The notes beneath the pieces were generated by a model, which worked only from the letters and a program-made list of their open reading frames with translations, did no database searches and was not told the origin of the DNA. A stretch of DNA of 64,000 nt from Trypanosoma brucei (taxonomy: Eukaryota). This document shows, in pieces, positions 20,340-31,000 of this stretch. The position numbers were made by a program, and so were the translations under genes. The stretch is taken from positions 1,280,001 through 1,344,000 of the forward strand of contig CP000070.1 in NCBI GenBank assembly GCA_000002445.1, given 5' to 3'. Numbering within the stretch: position 1 is the first letter of the stretch; every line of letters begins with the position of its first letter.

Positions 20340-21305
20340 TTAGCCAAAGGGCGATTCACAGGCCTCAACTGCCAAGCGGTCTGCCATTTCATTCCCATAC
20401 ACACCTGCGTGCCCCGGGACGTGCTTCAACTGCAACGCGACAGCGCGTGCAGCTATCGCTGCTAAACTAGCCTTGAAGCGGAACTCCATAGTGAAACGTT
20501 CCGCGCACCGGGATAAGTGCCTATTACGCAATTTCGTCAATTGACTCCACAAGTCGATGTTAGCAACGTCGCCTCCACCGGCAGTTTTAAAACCGTTGCG
20601 TTCCCACCGGTGCAAGTAGGAATTGACACCCATTACGGTGTACTTGCTATCACTGTATACACACAAATTGTAGCAAGGGTGAGAGTCCAACGCAACGCGC
20701 AAGACATGGATGAGCGCGGAGAGTTCCGCACGCTGATTGGTCTGGGGTTCGTGAGCTGGAAGAGGGAATTTAAAGTTACGGCTGTCACCGTCGCCATAGA
20801 ATCCACCGAAGCCAGCACGTGGTCGTCTTTCACGGCTTCGACTTCCGTTATTTCTGCAGGCCCCATCAACATACACAACAACCGCCTCCCGTTTCCGGGC
20901 CTCTACCCATTCTGGGGAGAGAACCTGCTGCTTACTTTCGTCATCCACTTCATTACCGTCATCCGCAGCATCCACCTCCACAGCATCTAACGTCACATCA
21001 AGTGAAAGCGCGCGCTTTACACCCACCAAAACAGGCGTGTGCGAGTCAGCCACAAGTGATGTGCCGACACTTCCCGGCTCAACGTCCTGCACCCCACTAG
21101 CATAGGCCTGCGCCTCCTGTAAAGTCAAAAAAGACTTAAAACGGGCTCCAGAGAACCCTGAGACCTGCTTCTGGCACTCCTCCCAGGTACTGAAAACACC
21201 GGTTTGTCTGCCAACCGCCACCGCGTAAAACCTTTTCTTTCCCATGGACGTCGACACCACCGACGAAAAACTAAGTTCTGCTATTTTCCAGTATCTATTG
21301 ATCAA
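20340..21305 (-). CDS. RNH1: Ribonuclease H1 (hybrid-binding domain + RNase H catalytic domain)
   Basis: HBD: FYAVAVGRQTGVFSTWEECQKQVSGFSGARFKSFLTLQEAQAY. RNase H domain: VVVYVDGACRNNGS...TNQRAELSALIHVL...VYSDSKY...HVPGHAGVYGNEMADRLA, carrying the DEDD catalytic residues. Confidence 0.9.
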   Translation of the reverse strand: MINRYWKIAELSFSSVVSTSMGKKRFYAVAVGRQTGVFSTWEECQKQVSGFSGARFKSFLTLQEAQAYASGVQDVEPGSVGTSLVADSHTPVLVGVKRALSLDVTLDAVEVDAADDGNEVDDESKQQVLSPEWVEARKREAVVVYVDGACRNNGSRSRERRPRAGFGGFYGDGDSRNFKFPLPAHEPQTNQRAELSALIHVLRVALDSHPCYNLCVYSDSKYTVMGVNSYLHRWERNGFKTAGGGDVANIDLWSQLTKLRNRHLSRCAERFTMEFRFKASLAAIAARAVALQLKHVPGHAGVYGNEMADRLAVEACESPFG

Positions 21306-21963
21306 ACGGTTAGAGGAAAATCGTTAAAAAGCGAGCAGAGAAGGCGTGGTGCACCCTAACGAAGTGAATCCATTCGGATGCACGAAGACGAGCATGAGAG
21401 TGTAATTAATTAATTTGCACACACGCCCCCTAACAACAATATGCAGGCTTGCACTAGTCTTCGGCACCAGCCCCGCACCTCAAATATTCCATGCCGCATG
21501 ACTGCAGCTTCCACCGCGTCCATGTTCATCGGATAATTCTTAGGGACTATAATGCATCATCTCCTTGCTCCTTTCTAATGTAGTTGAAAAAGAATATCTG
21601 GAAAACACGGGTAAGGCAAGCGGCAACATGTTTGTCAATCCACCCAGGATCAACGACGGATCGACCGAGATTCGGGTTGCAAAACAGCTGCCCCCCAACT
21701 ACCTGAATGCGTAAGTATTAATACGATATCGAACGGGCAAGAAACTGCTGCTGCGTATCGTCAGTACAGAGCCTGCATACCTCACCAGGCGATGGAAAGG
21801 GAGAGACATTGCCGACGTAACCCTCAGCGCGGCTGCAACATACGTAGCCATATGAAAGACCGCTTCCTCCACATCAGCCACTCAACTGCCACTACACAAC
21901 GAGCACCGCGTCACAAGCGACAACCGATGCGCAACCCTTTCCTTTTCATTTGGGTGTGGTCCA

Positions 21964-24705
21964 CTATTTTCTCCCGTTTTCCGAGGCCCATTTGTTTTCC
22001 CCCATGGCTCGACCGGTACTCCCAGTTTTCGCTTCACTCTTCCCGCGTTCTCGTATGTCTCGTTCTTTCGCACGAAACATCTCATCCACTTTGCTTTGAT
22101 GGAGCTCGCTGTCCGTAGGAACCCAGAAGAAGGGCTGTTTTTCTGCCTTTAGTTTGCGAAAGTTGGGTTCCCAATCAAAATTATGCAGCTTAACGTGGTA
22201 GTCGATGCGCTCCCGCTCCCAATTATCCCACTTGAGGAAAACTTTCTCCTGGTCATCGTGATCCATTGCGCCAGTGACAGTGAGGTTGTGCATGTGCGTC
22301 ATAATGTCCATGTCGTTGAGCACCTTTCCAGGACCCTCAAGGTCAAGCTGTGAACACAAGAATGATAACTCCTCGCAGAGATTCTCAGTGTCGTTCCATA
22401 TGTAGTGACCACCGCTGCTGCGCACACGCAGAATAAGTGGTTTCTCCACAGGATCCACACCTTTGCGCCGTCGCTGTTGCCGCAGCTTCGCCACATACTT
22501 TAAACTATTCCAGGGAGGCACGCGGTCATCGTCGAGACAAACCGAAACCATCATACCAGGGTAGGTCACGCGATCATTGATGTTATGGTACGGATCGTAG
22601 TGAAGCAGCCGAGTGTAATCCTTAGGGGAGTTGAGCGGGTCACCCCAGTCGTCCTGCTCGGCCAACGAGAGCGGAAGGTCTGGGTCCACCATCGTGCTTA
22701 TGACATCCAAAAAAGGTGACCGCATTAATACGTTCCCGAAGAGACCGCACCCTCGCATGTTCATGGCTGCCGCTATCGGTACGCATCCTGCACTATTGCC
22801 CGCCGCTACCATGAGCTCCGGTTTCGTGTACCCCATATTGACCATATGCTCACAACAAGCGATGAAGTCGTGGACCGCGTTTATCTTTTTCTCACCCCTG
22901 CCCTGCTCGGCCCAGTTGGGGAGTTCGCCACCACCACGCACGTGGGCAAAGGCAACAGTCCAACGCCGGCGTAGCATCCACATATACGGTGCCAACTGAA
23001 AGTGCATGGACGGTACTTCACCGTAAGAACCGTAGACATAGATAAAACAGTGCTTGGGTGTGTTGGGCTGCGCCTCGAAATCCGTCGCTTCTTGCACGAA
23101 TGCATCACGCCGGTGACAGATAGTTATGGGGACCTGCGTGCCATCCTTGGAAACGCAGACATCCCGATATATAGTATAGGGCCACATGTAATCCCACGGC
23201 GTAAATTGCTCTGACTGTCGTTGTGTAAAAATGGCTTCCGGGCTGCACATCCGGCACTTACCGGAAGTCATTTCGCTATTAAAGTTGAAGACGCAATCTT
23301 TGCTGGGTTGGCAAAGACTACTGTACACAAAACTAATAGAGTCCTGGTCAAAGTTTTTGTTCAATCCAGGCGTCACACAAGCGAGTGGAGGGAAGTGAAT
23401 CACCAGGTCGTCTGCTCGCGACCGCCGCGCAGTATCATCAATGCCTTTCCCGCACTTGATGATGCGGATGTGGTTAATGCGCTCAAAGGCAAAATGGGAT
23501 TCATATAGTACAATGTGATCGTGAAAAAGGTCAATATCAACTATCTGCACATCGTCTCGGTGTGGCACAAGCTCCTTCCATTCAGCGTCCATGCCATACT
23601 TGAGAACCACCTCCTCCCGTGCGTATACCACACGGTGATTTGGACCCCTGTCACCCACGACCATGAGGAAATGACCCATGTAGTGCTCCAGCCAGTTCCA
23701 GCTTCCCTTGCCGGCAATCTCCACCGGCCGTGCATCGGGGAAGAAAGCTTGCATTTCACGTGGAATCTTTGGAAACGAAGCAGGCAACACAAGGGCACTG
23801 CACTTCACTTTGGAGTCGGATGTGATCACTATGTAGGCGTTGTCCTTCGTTTTTCGAACATCAACAAAAAATTGCTCATCATCATCTCGGTATAGCTCCA
23901 CGGGCGGTGGAAGAACACCGGGACGTATCTCCTGCATTATCACCGCATTTGGACGATTAAGCTCATTGGATTCTGTGAAGTAAAATTGGTTGTCCGATCC
24001 AAACTCGATACTTACTATGTTGCGACCGCGGATCACATGGAAAAGGCTGGCGTTGTCGATGCTTCGCACATGACAAATGTAGCGGTCGCCTCCCCCCACG
24101 GAAAGAGTATACGCTAGGTACTTTCCGTCCTGAGAAACACGGCAGACTCCCACATTACAATGGGCGTATCCAAAGTGTTGTTGCAGAGCGGACGGGTTGA
24201 TCAGTTCCTCTGCGAGCAAATCCACTTCACCGAAACGCTTACGGTAAAACCCAATTGCATTGGGGTCACCGCCAGGGACAACACGTGTGAAATAGATGTA
24301 ATCACCTATTCGCTCCTCTCCTTTGTCAAACCCACCCTCACGACTGGTTATTACGACCTTCGCATCAAGTTCCGCCCACAAACGCGCTTTGTTGTGCTTG
24401 AAATCAAACTTGCTGTCAACCAAAGTAAAGTGCCGTTGCTCTTGCCGCACATAGCTCTGAGTGCGACGATCGAAGAGATCTTCCATGTACTTGAACGGAT
24501 CTGGTTGGTCGTTTCTGCCGTGCAGCAGAAAAGACTGTGGAACTTCCTCCGGTAACGGCCCGTCGAGGAACGTCAGCGGATATACGTTGCGTACCTGCGG
24601 GAAAAAACGGTTCACGAGCCGCCTCCCAAACGCGTACATCGCATTGGATGTTGGAACCCACGGATAGAGTGCCGTCATGGCCACCTCGTCTCTACTGTCA
24701 AACAA
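21964..24705 (-). CDS. Prolyl oligopeptidase family (S9A) serine peptidase, oligopeptidase B-like, 913 aa with an N-terminal extension
   Basis: C-terminal alpha/beta-hydrolase peptidase domain. Nucleophile motif GNSAGC is a variant of GGSNGG. Downstream catalytic Asp (DDDRVPP) and His (SSGGHYIW) are present. The upstream portion is consistent with a beta-propeller. Overall length and order match OPB-like peptidases of trypanosomatids. Confidence 0.85.
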   Translation of the reverse strand: MFDSRDEVAMTALYPWVPTSNAMYAFGRRLVNRFFPQVRNVYPLTFLDGPLPEEVPQSFLLHGRNDQPDPFKYMEDLFDRRTQSYVRQEQRHFTLVDSKFDFKHNKARLWAELDAKVVITSREGGFDKGEERIGDYIYFTRVVPGGDPNAIGFYRKRFGEVDLLAEELINPSALQQHFGYAHCNVGVCRVSQDGKYLAYTLSVGGGDRYICHVRSIDNASLFHVIRGRNIVSIEFGSDNQFYFTESNELNRPNAVIMQEIRPGVLPPPVELYRDDDEQFFVDVRKTKDNAYIVITSDSKVKCSALVLPASFPKIPREMQAFFPDARPVEIAGKGSWNWLEHYMGHFLMVVGDRGPNHRVVYAREEVVLKYGMDAEWKELVPHRDDVQIVDIDLFHDHIVLYESHFAFERINHIRIIKCGKGIDDTARRSRADDLVIHFPPLACVTPGLNKNFDQDSISFVYSSLCQPSKDCVFNFNSEMTSGKCRMCSPEAIFTQRQSEQFTPWDYMWPYTIYRDVCVSKDGTQVPITICHRRDAFVQEATDFEAQPNTPKHCFIYVYGSYGEVPSMHFQLAPYMWMLRRRWTVAFAHVRGGGELPNWAEQGRGEKKINAVHDFIACCEHMVNMGYTKPELMVAAGNSAGCVPIAAAMNMRGCGLFGNVLMRSPFLDVISTMVDPDLPLSLAEQDDWGDPLNSPKDYTRLLHYDPYHNINDRVTYPGMMVSVCLDDDRVPPWNSLKYVAKLRQQRRRKGVDPVEKPLILRVRSSGGHYIWNDTENLCEELSFLCSQLDLEGPGKVLNDMDIMTHMHNLTVTGAMDHDDQEKVFLKWDNWERERIDYHVKLHNFDWEPNFRKLKAEKQPFFWVPTDSELHQSKVDEMFRAKERDIRERGKSEAKTGSTGRAMGENKWASENGRK

Positions 24706-25127
24706 AGAAACACGCAGGGATAAAAGTGATAAATGACATATATATATATATATGAAACTTATTTTCTGTCAGCACTCTACCACTGCTCTCTGCCGCTGGC
24801 ACATAACGCAAACCAGGCAAACAGGTACATAAAAAAAATGCATGTTTGGGAAAGAGCAAAACGGCCCACTTGAACTCGAAGACAGCGCCGACGCAGGAAG
24901 TCGATTCACGCGTATATAGCACAAAACCAATGCAGGAACCGGCTCGTTTGCCAAATCCCTGAAAAGTAAAAGGTCCCCCCATCCCTTAACAACCAATTAT
25001 CGACATCGCTGAGTAGATCCGGAATTGAAGAAGTGTCCGGCTAAATAAACGCACGTACGAAAAAAGGGTGAAGACGATAACCAAAACTAAAATAGAAACC
25101 GATAGAAACTTTACATTACCAACAACT

Positions 25128-26432
25128 TTACCTTGTCATCCTTGCCTGTATGTCAATTTTTTGCTGCGAGCGGTGCGACAAACCCAATAAAGACCGACTC
25201 CGCCCCTCAAATGTAGGAAGCCAGTTCATCTTAAACCACGTAATGGTGTCATCCCAGCCTTCAGTAAACGATATTATTGGCCTATAGCCAAGATCCCTTT
25301 CGGCCGCAGTTATACGAAACCATCGATGCATCGTCAAAACGAAGACGTTGAAAACATTGAGCTTAAACACAAATCCAAACATCCAGCCGACCAACTCTCC
25401 CGCCAGAGCAACAACATAGATCAACCAGAAACTGACGCGTATTTTTTTATGAATAGATACGAATCCCATTGCGACCACCGCTTTGTCCAGCTCATTCCAA
25501 AAAATGCAGTATGCATCGGGTTCGGGATGAGTGCTTCCATCAGTCACGATATAAAATTTACCCAGGATGGGTGAACCCTTGTACAACCCCCGCTCCGCTA
25601 TTATAAGGCCATGGGCATAATTGTCCACGTGCGTAAAGCATATCCTATTCTTTCCAGAGCCAAAAACACGCAGTTTCCCCGTTCCCGCAGCCTCCAGCAT
25701 ATTCGGCAGGAAAAGGTTGTCTCGTGGACCATAAACTTGGTGAGGTGCTACACTTACTGTTAAAAGGTCGTCACAAGATGCGGCAGTCACGGCTAGTTCT
25801 GCTTCCGCCTTAGTCTCAGCGTACATCTGCATGTAAGAATCCAACGGCAACTTTGGCATCTCATCTTCCGTAAGTCCATCAACGCATGGTCGGTGAAAAA
25901 GACCCCCCTTGAAGCGCGTGGACGGTGAGCTGCTCATCACAAGTTTTTTCACACCCAGCTGAAAGCACGCGCGAATGACATTCATTGTGCCCCCATAGTT
26001 CACCTTGCGGTACAACTCGCGCGGGTGAAATGGCCCAACAGCAGCCGCCAGATGCCACACACAGTCGGCACCCTCTAGAGCAACCAACACATCGTTGTAG
26101 TTAGTAATATCCCCTACAACGTATTCAATGACAGGATGTTGCCACGCACTGACGGCGGACTCCATCGGTACGATATCAAAACTCACGACCCTCTCAGCTC
26201 CTCGCTCCACGAGCATTTCCACGAGCCGCGTGCCCACGAAACCTGTACCACCCGTAACAACACAGTTCTTTGGAACGGGTGGATAAACATTTGTTGATGT
26301 CTTCTTCTGCAGTGGGGAAAGGGCGGGGTTTAGTTTACCCATTTGGAAGGGTATTTTCAGAGGAAATGCGTCTAACGAAACTACAGAGGTAAGTGAACGT
26401 CTGAATGCGCAACTCTCTATCCCCTGAAACAA
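25128..26432 (-). CDS. NAD(P)-dependent 3-beta-hydroxysteroid dehydrogenase / sterol-4-alpha-carboxylate 3-dehydrogenase (NSDHL/ERG26-like); a likely alternative start is at 26342 (MGKLNP...)
   Basis: Rossmann motif VVTGGTGFVGTRLVEML. Catalytic YxxxK (YAETKAEAE). C-terminal hydrophobic membrane segment FWLIYVVALAGELVGWMFGFVF. Overall 3beta-HSD family architecture. Confidence 0.8.
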   Translation of the reverse strand: MFQGIESCAFRRSLTSVVSLDAFPLKIPFQMGKLNPALSPLQKKTSTNVYPPVPKNCVVTGGTGFVGTRLVEMLVERGAERVVSFDIVPMESAVSAWQHPVIEYVVGDITNYNDVLVALEGADCVWHLAAAVGPFHPRELYRKVNYGGTMNVIRACFQLGVKKLVMSSSPSTRFKGGLFHRPCVDGLTEDEMPKLPLDSYMQMYAETKAEAELAVTAASCDDLLTVSVAPHQVYGPRDNLFLPNMLEAAGTGKLRVFGSGKNRICFTHVDNYAHGLIIAERGLYKGSPILGKFYIVTDGSTHPEPDAYCIFWNELDKAVVAMGFVSIHKKIRVSFWLIYVVALAGELVGWMFGFVFKLNVFNVFVLTMHRWFRITAAERDLGYRPIISFTEGWDDTITWFKMNWLPTFEGRSRSLLGLSHRSQQKIDIQARMTR

Positions 26433-26637
26433 CCTCTCACGACAGAATACTGCTTCCTAACGAAACAAAGGGTTGTCCTACTGAAAAGGTTGGGGGCAAA
26501 AAAGTGAGGCATAACGAAGTTTTTATCGATGTCATCAGGTATAAGGGGTTAAAATTCAATTAGCCGCGGGCACTTGCCGTCTCTACACGAGAATGCAGAG
26601 GATCACAGAAAATAACCAAACGTTATGTAGAGGTAAA

Positions 26638-28035
26638 TCACACCGGATGATGTGTAGCTGCTATGCGTTCTAATGTGCAATACATTTTATTTTCCTCGTC
26701 CTCGCCTAGTAGATCAGAGAGAGTAGAAGTTGAGGGCAAAAACATCGGGCCCTCGTAAACATCGTCCCGTCCCCTTTTGCGGTCAAAGAGCATGCGCCCC
26801 ACGACGGAAGCAGGAAGTCCCTTTATACTGGAGTTTTGTGTCACCGAAGTCAGCATTGCACTGCGGCACATCAGTGTCAACTTGTCACAATCACGGCACG
26901 AGCTGCTCGCGTTAAAAAATGAAAGCTCCATAGGGATGGATTCAGTTAATGCACTATGCAAACTCGCCGCGACATTCTGGTACACAGTTTCCCCTCGCCT
27001 CATAATTTTATTCGGCTTAAAGGGGGTTGTTAAGTTCCCATACCCGTCTACCAACCCGCCTTTTCGGCAGCCAGTCGGCAACAACGTTCCCAGCAACCGA
27101 GGGCAGAGGAATGGGGTATTGTCGGGTGCTGCATTGGCGTTAGACCCTATTAGGGAAGTGCACACAGCAGCTTCGTGTACAATTGGCCCAATAAGACTAG
27201 CATAGGTCGCCTCACATTGAGCCGACACACGTACAGTTCTCTGTGCCCACGAGGAGTTTGTTACGTAATTGCCCAACGACCTCGCATCTTCGGGTGAATA
27301 CACATGAAGGAGTACCAAATACTTCCATATGACTGGTTTTAGCACACATAAGGAACGCGAAGGGGACCTTTCGTTAGCACCTATAGTTATTATTATAGCG
27401 TTTTCGTATGATATCTCCTTGCAAGCCGTAGCAGACTCCTCCACAACGAGGTAGCATCGTGGAAGAACGTCTTCCAACAACATTCCCACCTTTTCATTGA
27501 GAACGCTGGAAGAGCTAGCACGGATAATGTTACCCTCAGCCGATACTGTGTTTCGCACATAGCCCACGACTGCTTCATAACTGTCCTCAGCGGAGCCATC
27601 GCCAGTAACATGCTCCACAACCTCAGTCGACATGGGTAAGCACCAGCTTAGTGGTACGGGCGGATGTCCTAAACTGCAAATACATCCCAATTGCTGGTAA
27701 AGACATCGGCGATCTCTTGTTTTGGGGTACAGTGACGTCAAAAGCGTAATAGCAAACGCCTTGGATGAGGCACGGAAAGGTCCTAGGGGACCGCTATAAA
27801 GGTGTAGCATTTCCCACAGGGGTATGCAGACTGCAGTAGCCAGTGCAGGGCCTTGGTCTCCACAGGACACTAAATCGCGGTGAACGGCGACCATAAAGCG
27901 GTTATAGAGGTCAAGGAGCCGGAAAATAAGCCTCTCTGAGTCGCCGCCAGTTGTCCATTCAATTAGGTTACCGTTTATCTCATCGACCAATTGCTGAGCG
28001 TTGTCATTTTCACCCATATCAAACCCGAGATACAA
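26638..28035 (-). CDS. Hypothetical protein, 465 aa (first gene of the minus-strand array)
   Basis: Long ORF with complex, non-repetitive composition in array orientation. No recognizable motif. Confidence 0.55.
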   Translation of the reverse strand: MYLGFDMGENDNAQQLVDEINGNLIEWTTGGDSERLIFRLLDLYNRFMVAVHRDLVSCGDQGPALATAVCIPLWEMLHLYSGPLGPFRASSKAFAITLLTSLYPKTRDRRCLYQQLGCICSLGHPPVPLSWCLPMSTEVVEHVTGDGSAEDSYEAVVGYVRNTVSAEGNIIRASSSSVLNEKVGMLLEDVLPRCYLVVEESATACKEISYENAIIITIGANERSPSRSLCVLKPVIWKYLVLLHVYSPEDARSLGNYVTNSSWAQRTVRVSAQCEATYASLIGPIVHEAAVCTSLIGSNANAAPDNTPFLCPRLLGTLLPTGCRKGGLVDGYGNLTTPFKPNKIMRRGETVYQNVAASLHSALTESIPMELSFFNASSSCRDCDKLTLMCRSAMLTSVTQNSSIKGLPASVVGRMLFDRKRGRDDVYEGPMFLPSTSTLSDLLGEDEENKMYCTLERIAATHHPV

Positions 28036-31000
28036 AAAGGAAAACGCCTTTTAATTCAGTACTCTTTCCTAAATCTGACACGTGCAAAAAATAAAACACC
28101 GGAAACCCCAGAGCGCATATACCCCCGAATTATCATTAGTCGTAGTTAGAGTTAACACTTTTTTTTAAAAAAAGGAATGGCTACAACACCACCAAACAGT
28201 AGGGAGCATCGGCACACAAATCCCGTAGTGTGAGAACAATCAACACCGCGGATGAACAACGTTGTCAATCTCTTCCCCCCATCACCTCCAAAAAAAAAAA
28301 AAAGCAAACAACACCTAAACAAAAAAAAGCGTGACTCTGTGTCCCCCAAACTATCTCAGTGGCACTTAAACAAATTTGAAAAGAAGACGATTGTACACTG
28401 AAAGGGAGCGACCGTCTTCACATTTCTGCTGTTACATATTGAAATAGAACTAACCATGATTATTTTTTAAAAAAATAATAACAAAAACAATATTAGCCTC
28501 GTATACACGCGGACGGTTGTAGGTAGAATCAAAAAACGCCATGACTGCACTAAATTGGGTAATACTACACGAATTCAGCGAAAGAAAATAGAAACAATAT
28601 TGTTAAGGTAATAACACTAACGGATTCCACCATCACCACCGAGTAGCAACAACAACGAAGCGCAAGGGACCACCTTCGAGCCAAATCATCTTAAAATTAA
28701 CAGACGAAAGGCTCTTCACAAAATCATTTGAATTGGTTCATCTAAAGCGAATTCAAAATTCAAACCATCTTTTTGGCCTTCTGACAATACTCCACAGCCT
28801 CACCTGCGTCCTGAGCGTCTCCGCTTGCACAATCCGGCTGGTATTTATTAAATTTCGCGCATGGAATAACGTTACCACACCAAAATTTATTTGTTCCATA
28901 GTTTATCCACGGTTTGTGAAGCACATCGTTATATATGCTCAACTTAAAGTCGCTGGCGGAGCAACAAACAAAAGAAAAAATAGTTGACTTAAAAAAGGGG
29001 GAACAGAATCTGACCTCCCCAGTGTCTCAGTCACATCGGAGTCAACCGCCTGGAAAATACACAGTTTTCTTTGAAATGTGTATAGCAAATTCGTGTGCTG
29101 CGTCAGCCCCCGCTGTAAGCTCTAAAAGAACGACAATGGCAACAAGCAATTTAGTTTGTAGCAAAATAAGTGGAAGATCGGCATGGACTCCACAACAGTT
29201 AGGCAATACTCTATACCAGACGCGAAGTAGCTACAATATAGCACCGAAGGCGGCAACTCCGTGCGCATTTATTTTTTTTTTAAGCAGCAAATACAATAAC
29301 GCATGTCACTTGTGATGTATGACTTTAAAAGAAGCTGAAATTCGGAGGAGGAACAATCAGTCCTCTAAAAATCGCAACAAATTTAATAGGGGTAGTTGTT
29401 GCATCAGCTTTTCCGCATCAGTTGTAACAAATGTATGTACGGAGAGTCCAATCAGTGCTTGAACAGCAACTCACCCCCATTCCATAGTGCTCGGAAAAGA
29501 CACTAAGGACGCAGCTTATCTAGCACAACCCCTTTTTTTAAAAAAAAAAAGAAACAAAAGAGGTTTTAAAGCCTAGGGTAGCAACAGCAGCCAAACTAAA
29601 CGCACGGATAGCCGATATGACGGCAAGCTACCCGAACAGAAGCAAAGAGACGGAAATTTTTACATATCGTCACAATACCCCCTTCCTCAGCAATGATTTG
29701 AATTTTAAATCAAAAAAAACGTCCGGTACAGCACAAAGTAAAAAATATGATAAAACTCCCCGCATGTGGCGGCAACGCAGTAACTACCTCGCCCACCGAA
29801 ATAATCAGCAAAGGCGTTCTATTTTTTTTTAATGTATACACAAGCACTTACACGAGGGAAGAGTACAATATTTAGCGAAAGACCGGCGGGATACTAACAG
29901 GTAGAAGTCACCTGCAGAGGGGACACTGTCACCACTTGCACCAACGTTTTTTTTTAAAGGTATAGAAGAAAAAAAAGGACATTTAATATTACAACAGTAT
30001 CTACTTATCACAACACCTTTGGGCACACCTTGGTATGGGACAAAAGGGGGGGGATCAAAAATGTACGAAAAGCTTGCAGTTGAACACATCACTAGCATCT
30101 ATCCGGACCCCATATAGATCACATTTCCGAGCTAATTACCGCGCTAGTAACTACACATGTCAGTTTAGCATCACATATTTGATAGTCACCAAGCACAAAC
30201 AGTTGAGGATAAATACTGTTGGATGGACCCCAATATACAGATATTTATTCACTAATGAATAATAAGTTACAAGCGAATAAAAAGCATGTGGAAAGCTCCA
30301 ACATGGCCTCATCCAACTTAATATGTCAGCTGAAGAGTAGTGGTAAACGAGGGTTTGCACCGCTAACATTAATAAGGAAACAACAACCATGTCCCACAGA
30401 AGACCGAGGCTTTGCCTCTGGGGAGAGAGCAAGAGGGTAACGCCCGCGTGACTGTTTACAACTATTACAGTCAAGAAACGCACGAGCAGCAAAACCATCT
30501 AAACGAAGATAGATCAGTGTTACGCTCCCGTGAGAAAAATAAACTGCTACGGCGACATTCTCCCATTTCAACCACCCAAAGAGCCCATTCGTCCATCATG
30601 TCACCTGGTTGTCCCAAATACACCTGGAAAGCGAAACTTACAGCTGGGCATCAGCGGGTCACAAAGAAGGGAAAATCCAACAGAAACTGAAGGCCTCAAC
30701 AGCACGTGGTTTACTCTAATGTCGTTCTGGCTACAATCAGACGATCAGTAATCAGCTATCAGATAGAAACGGAAGGAACAAATAGCGCTAAAAGCCCTAC
30801 AGTTCCCTGTTTTCTCCACGTCGCAGCGAGCTACCCACTCCTGCACAGCGCGGATATTACACGCAACTACAGTACGTCACGAATGTCCCCGCACAAAAGA
30901 AAAAGTAGTAAGGGCGGTGAAAACGTCAAAGTATTTCTAACCCCATAATACGAACGCACAATCACTTCAACGAAAAATTGTTGACAAACCCTCATTATAT

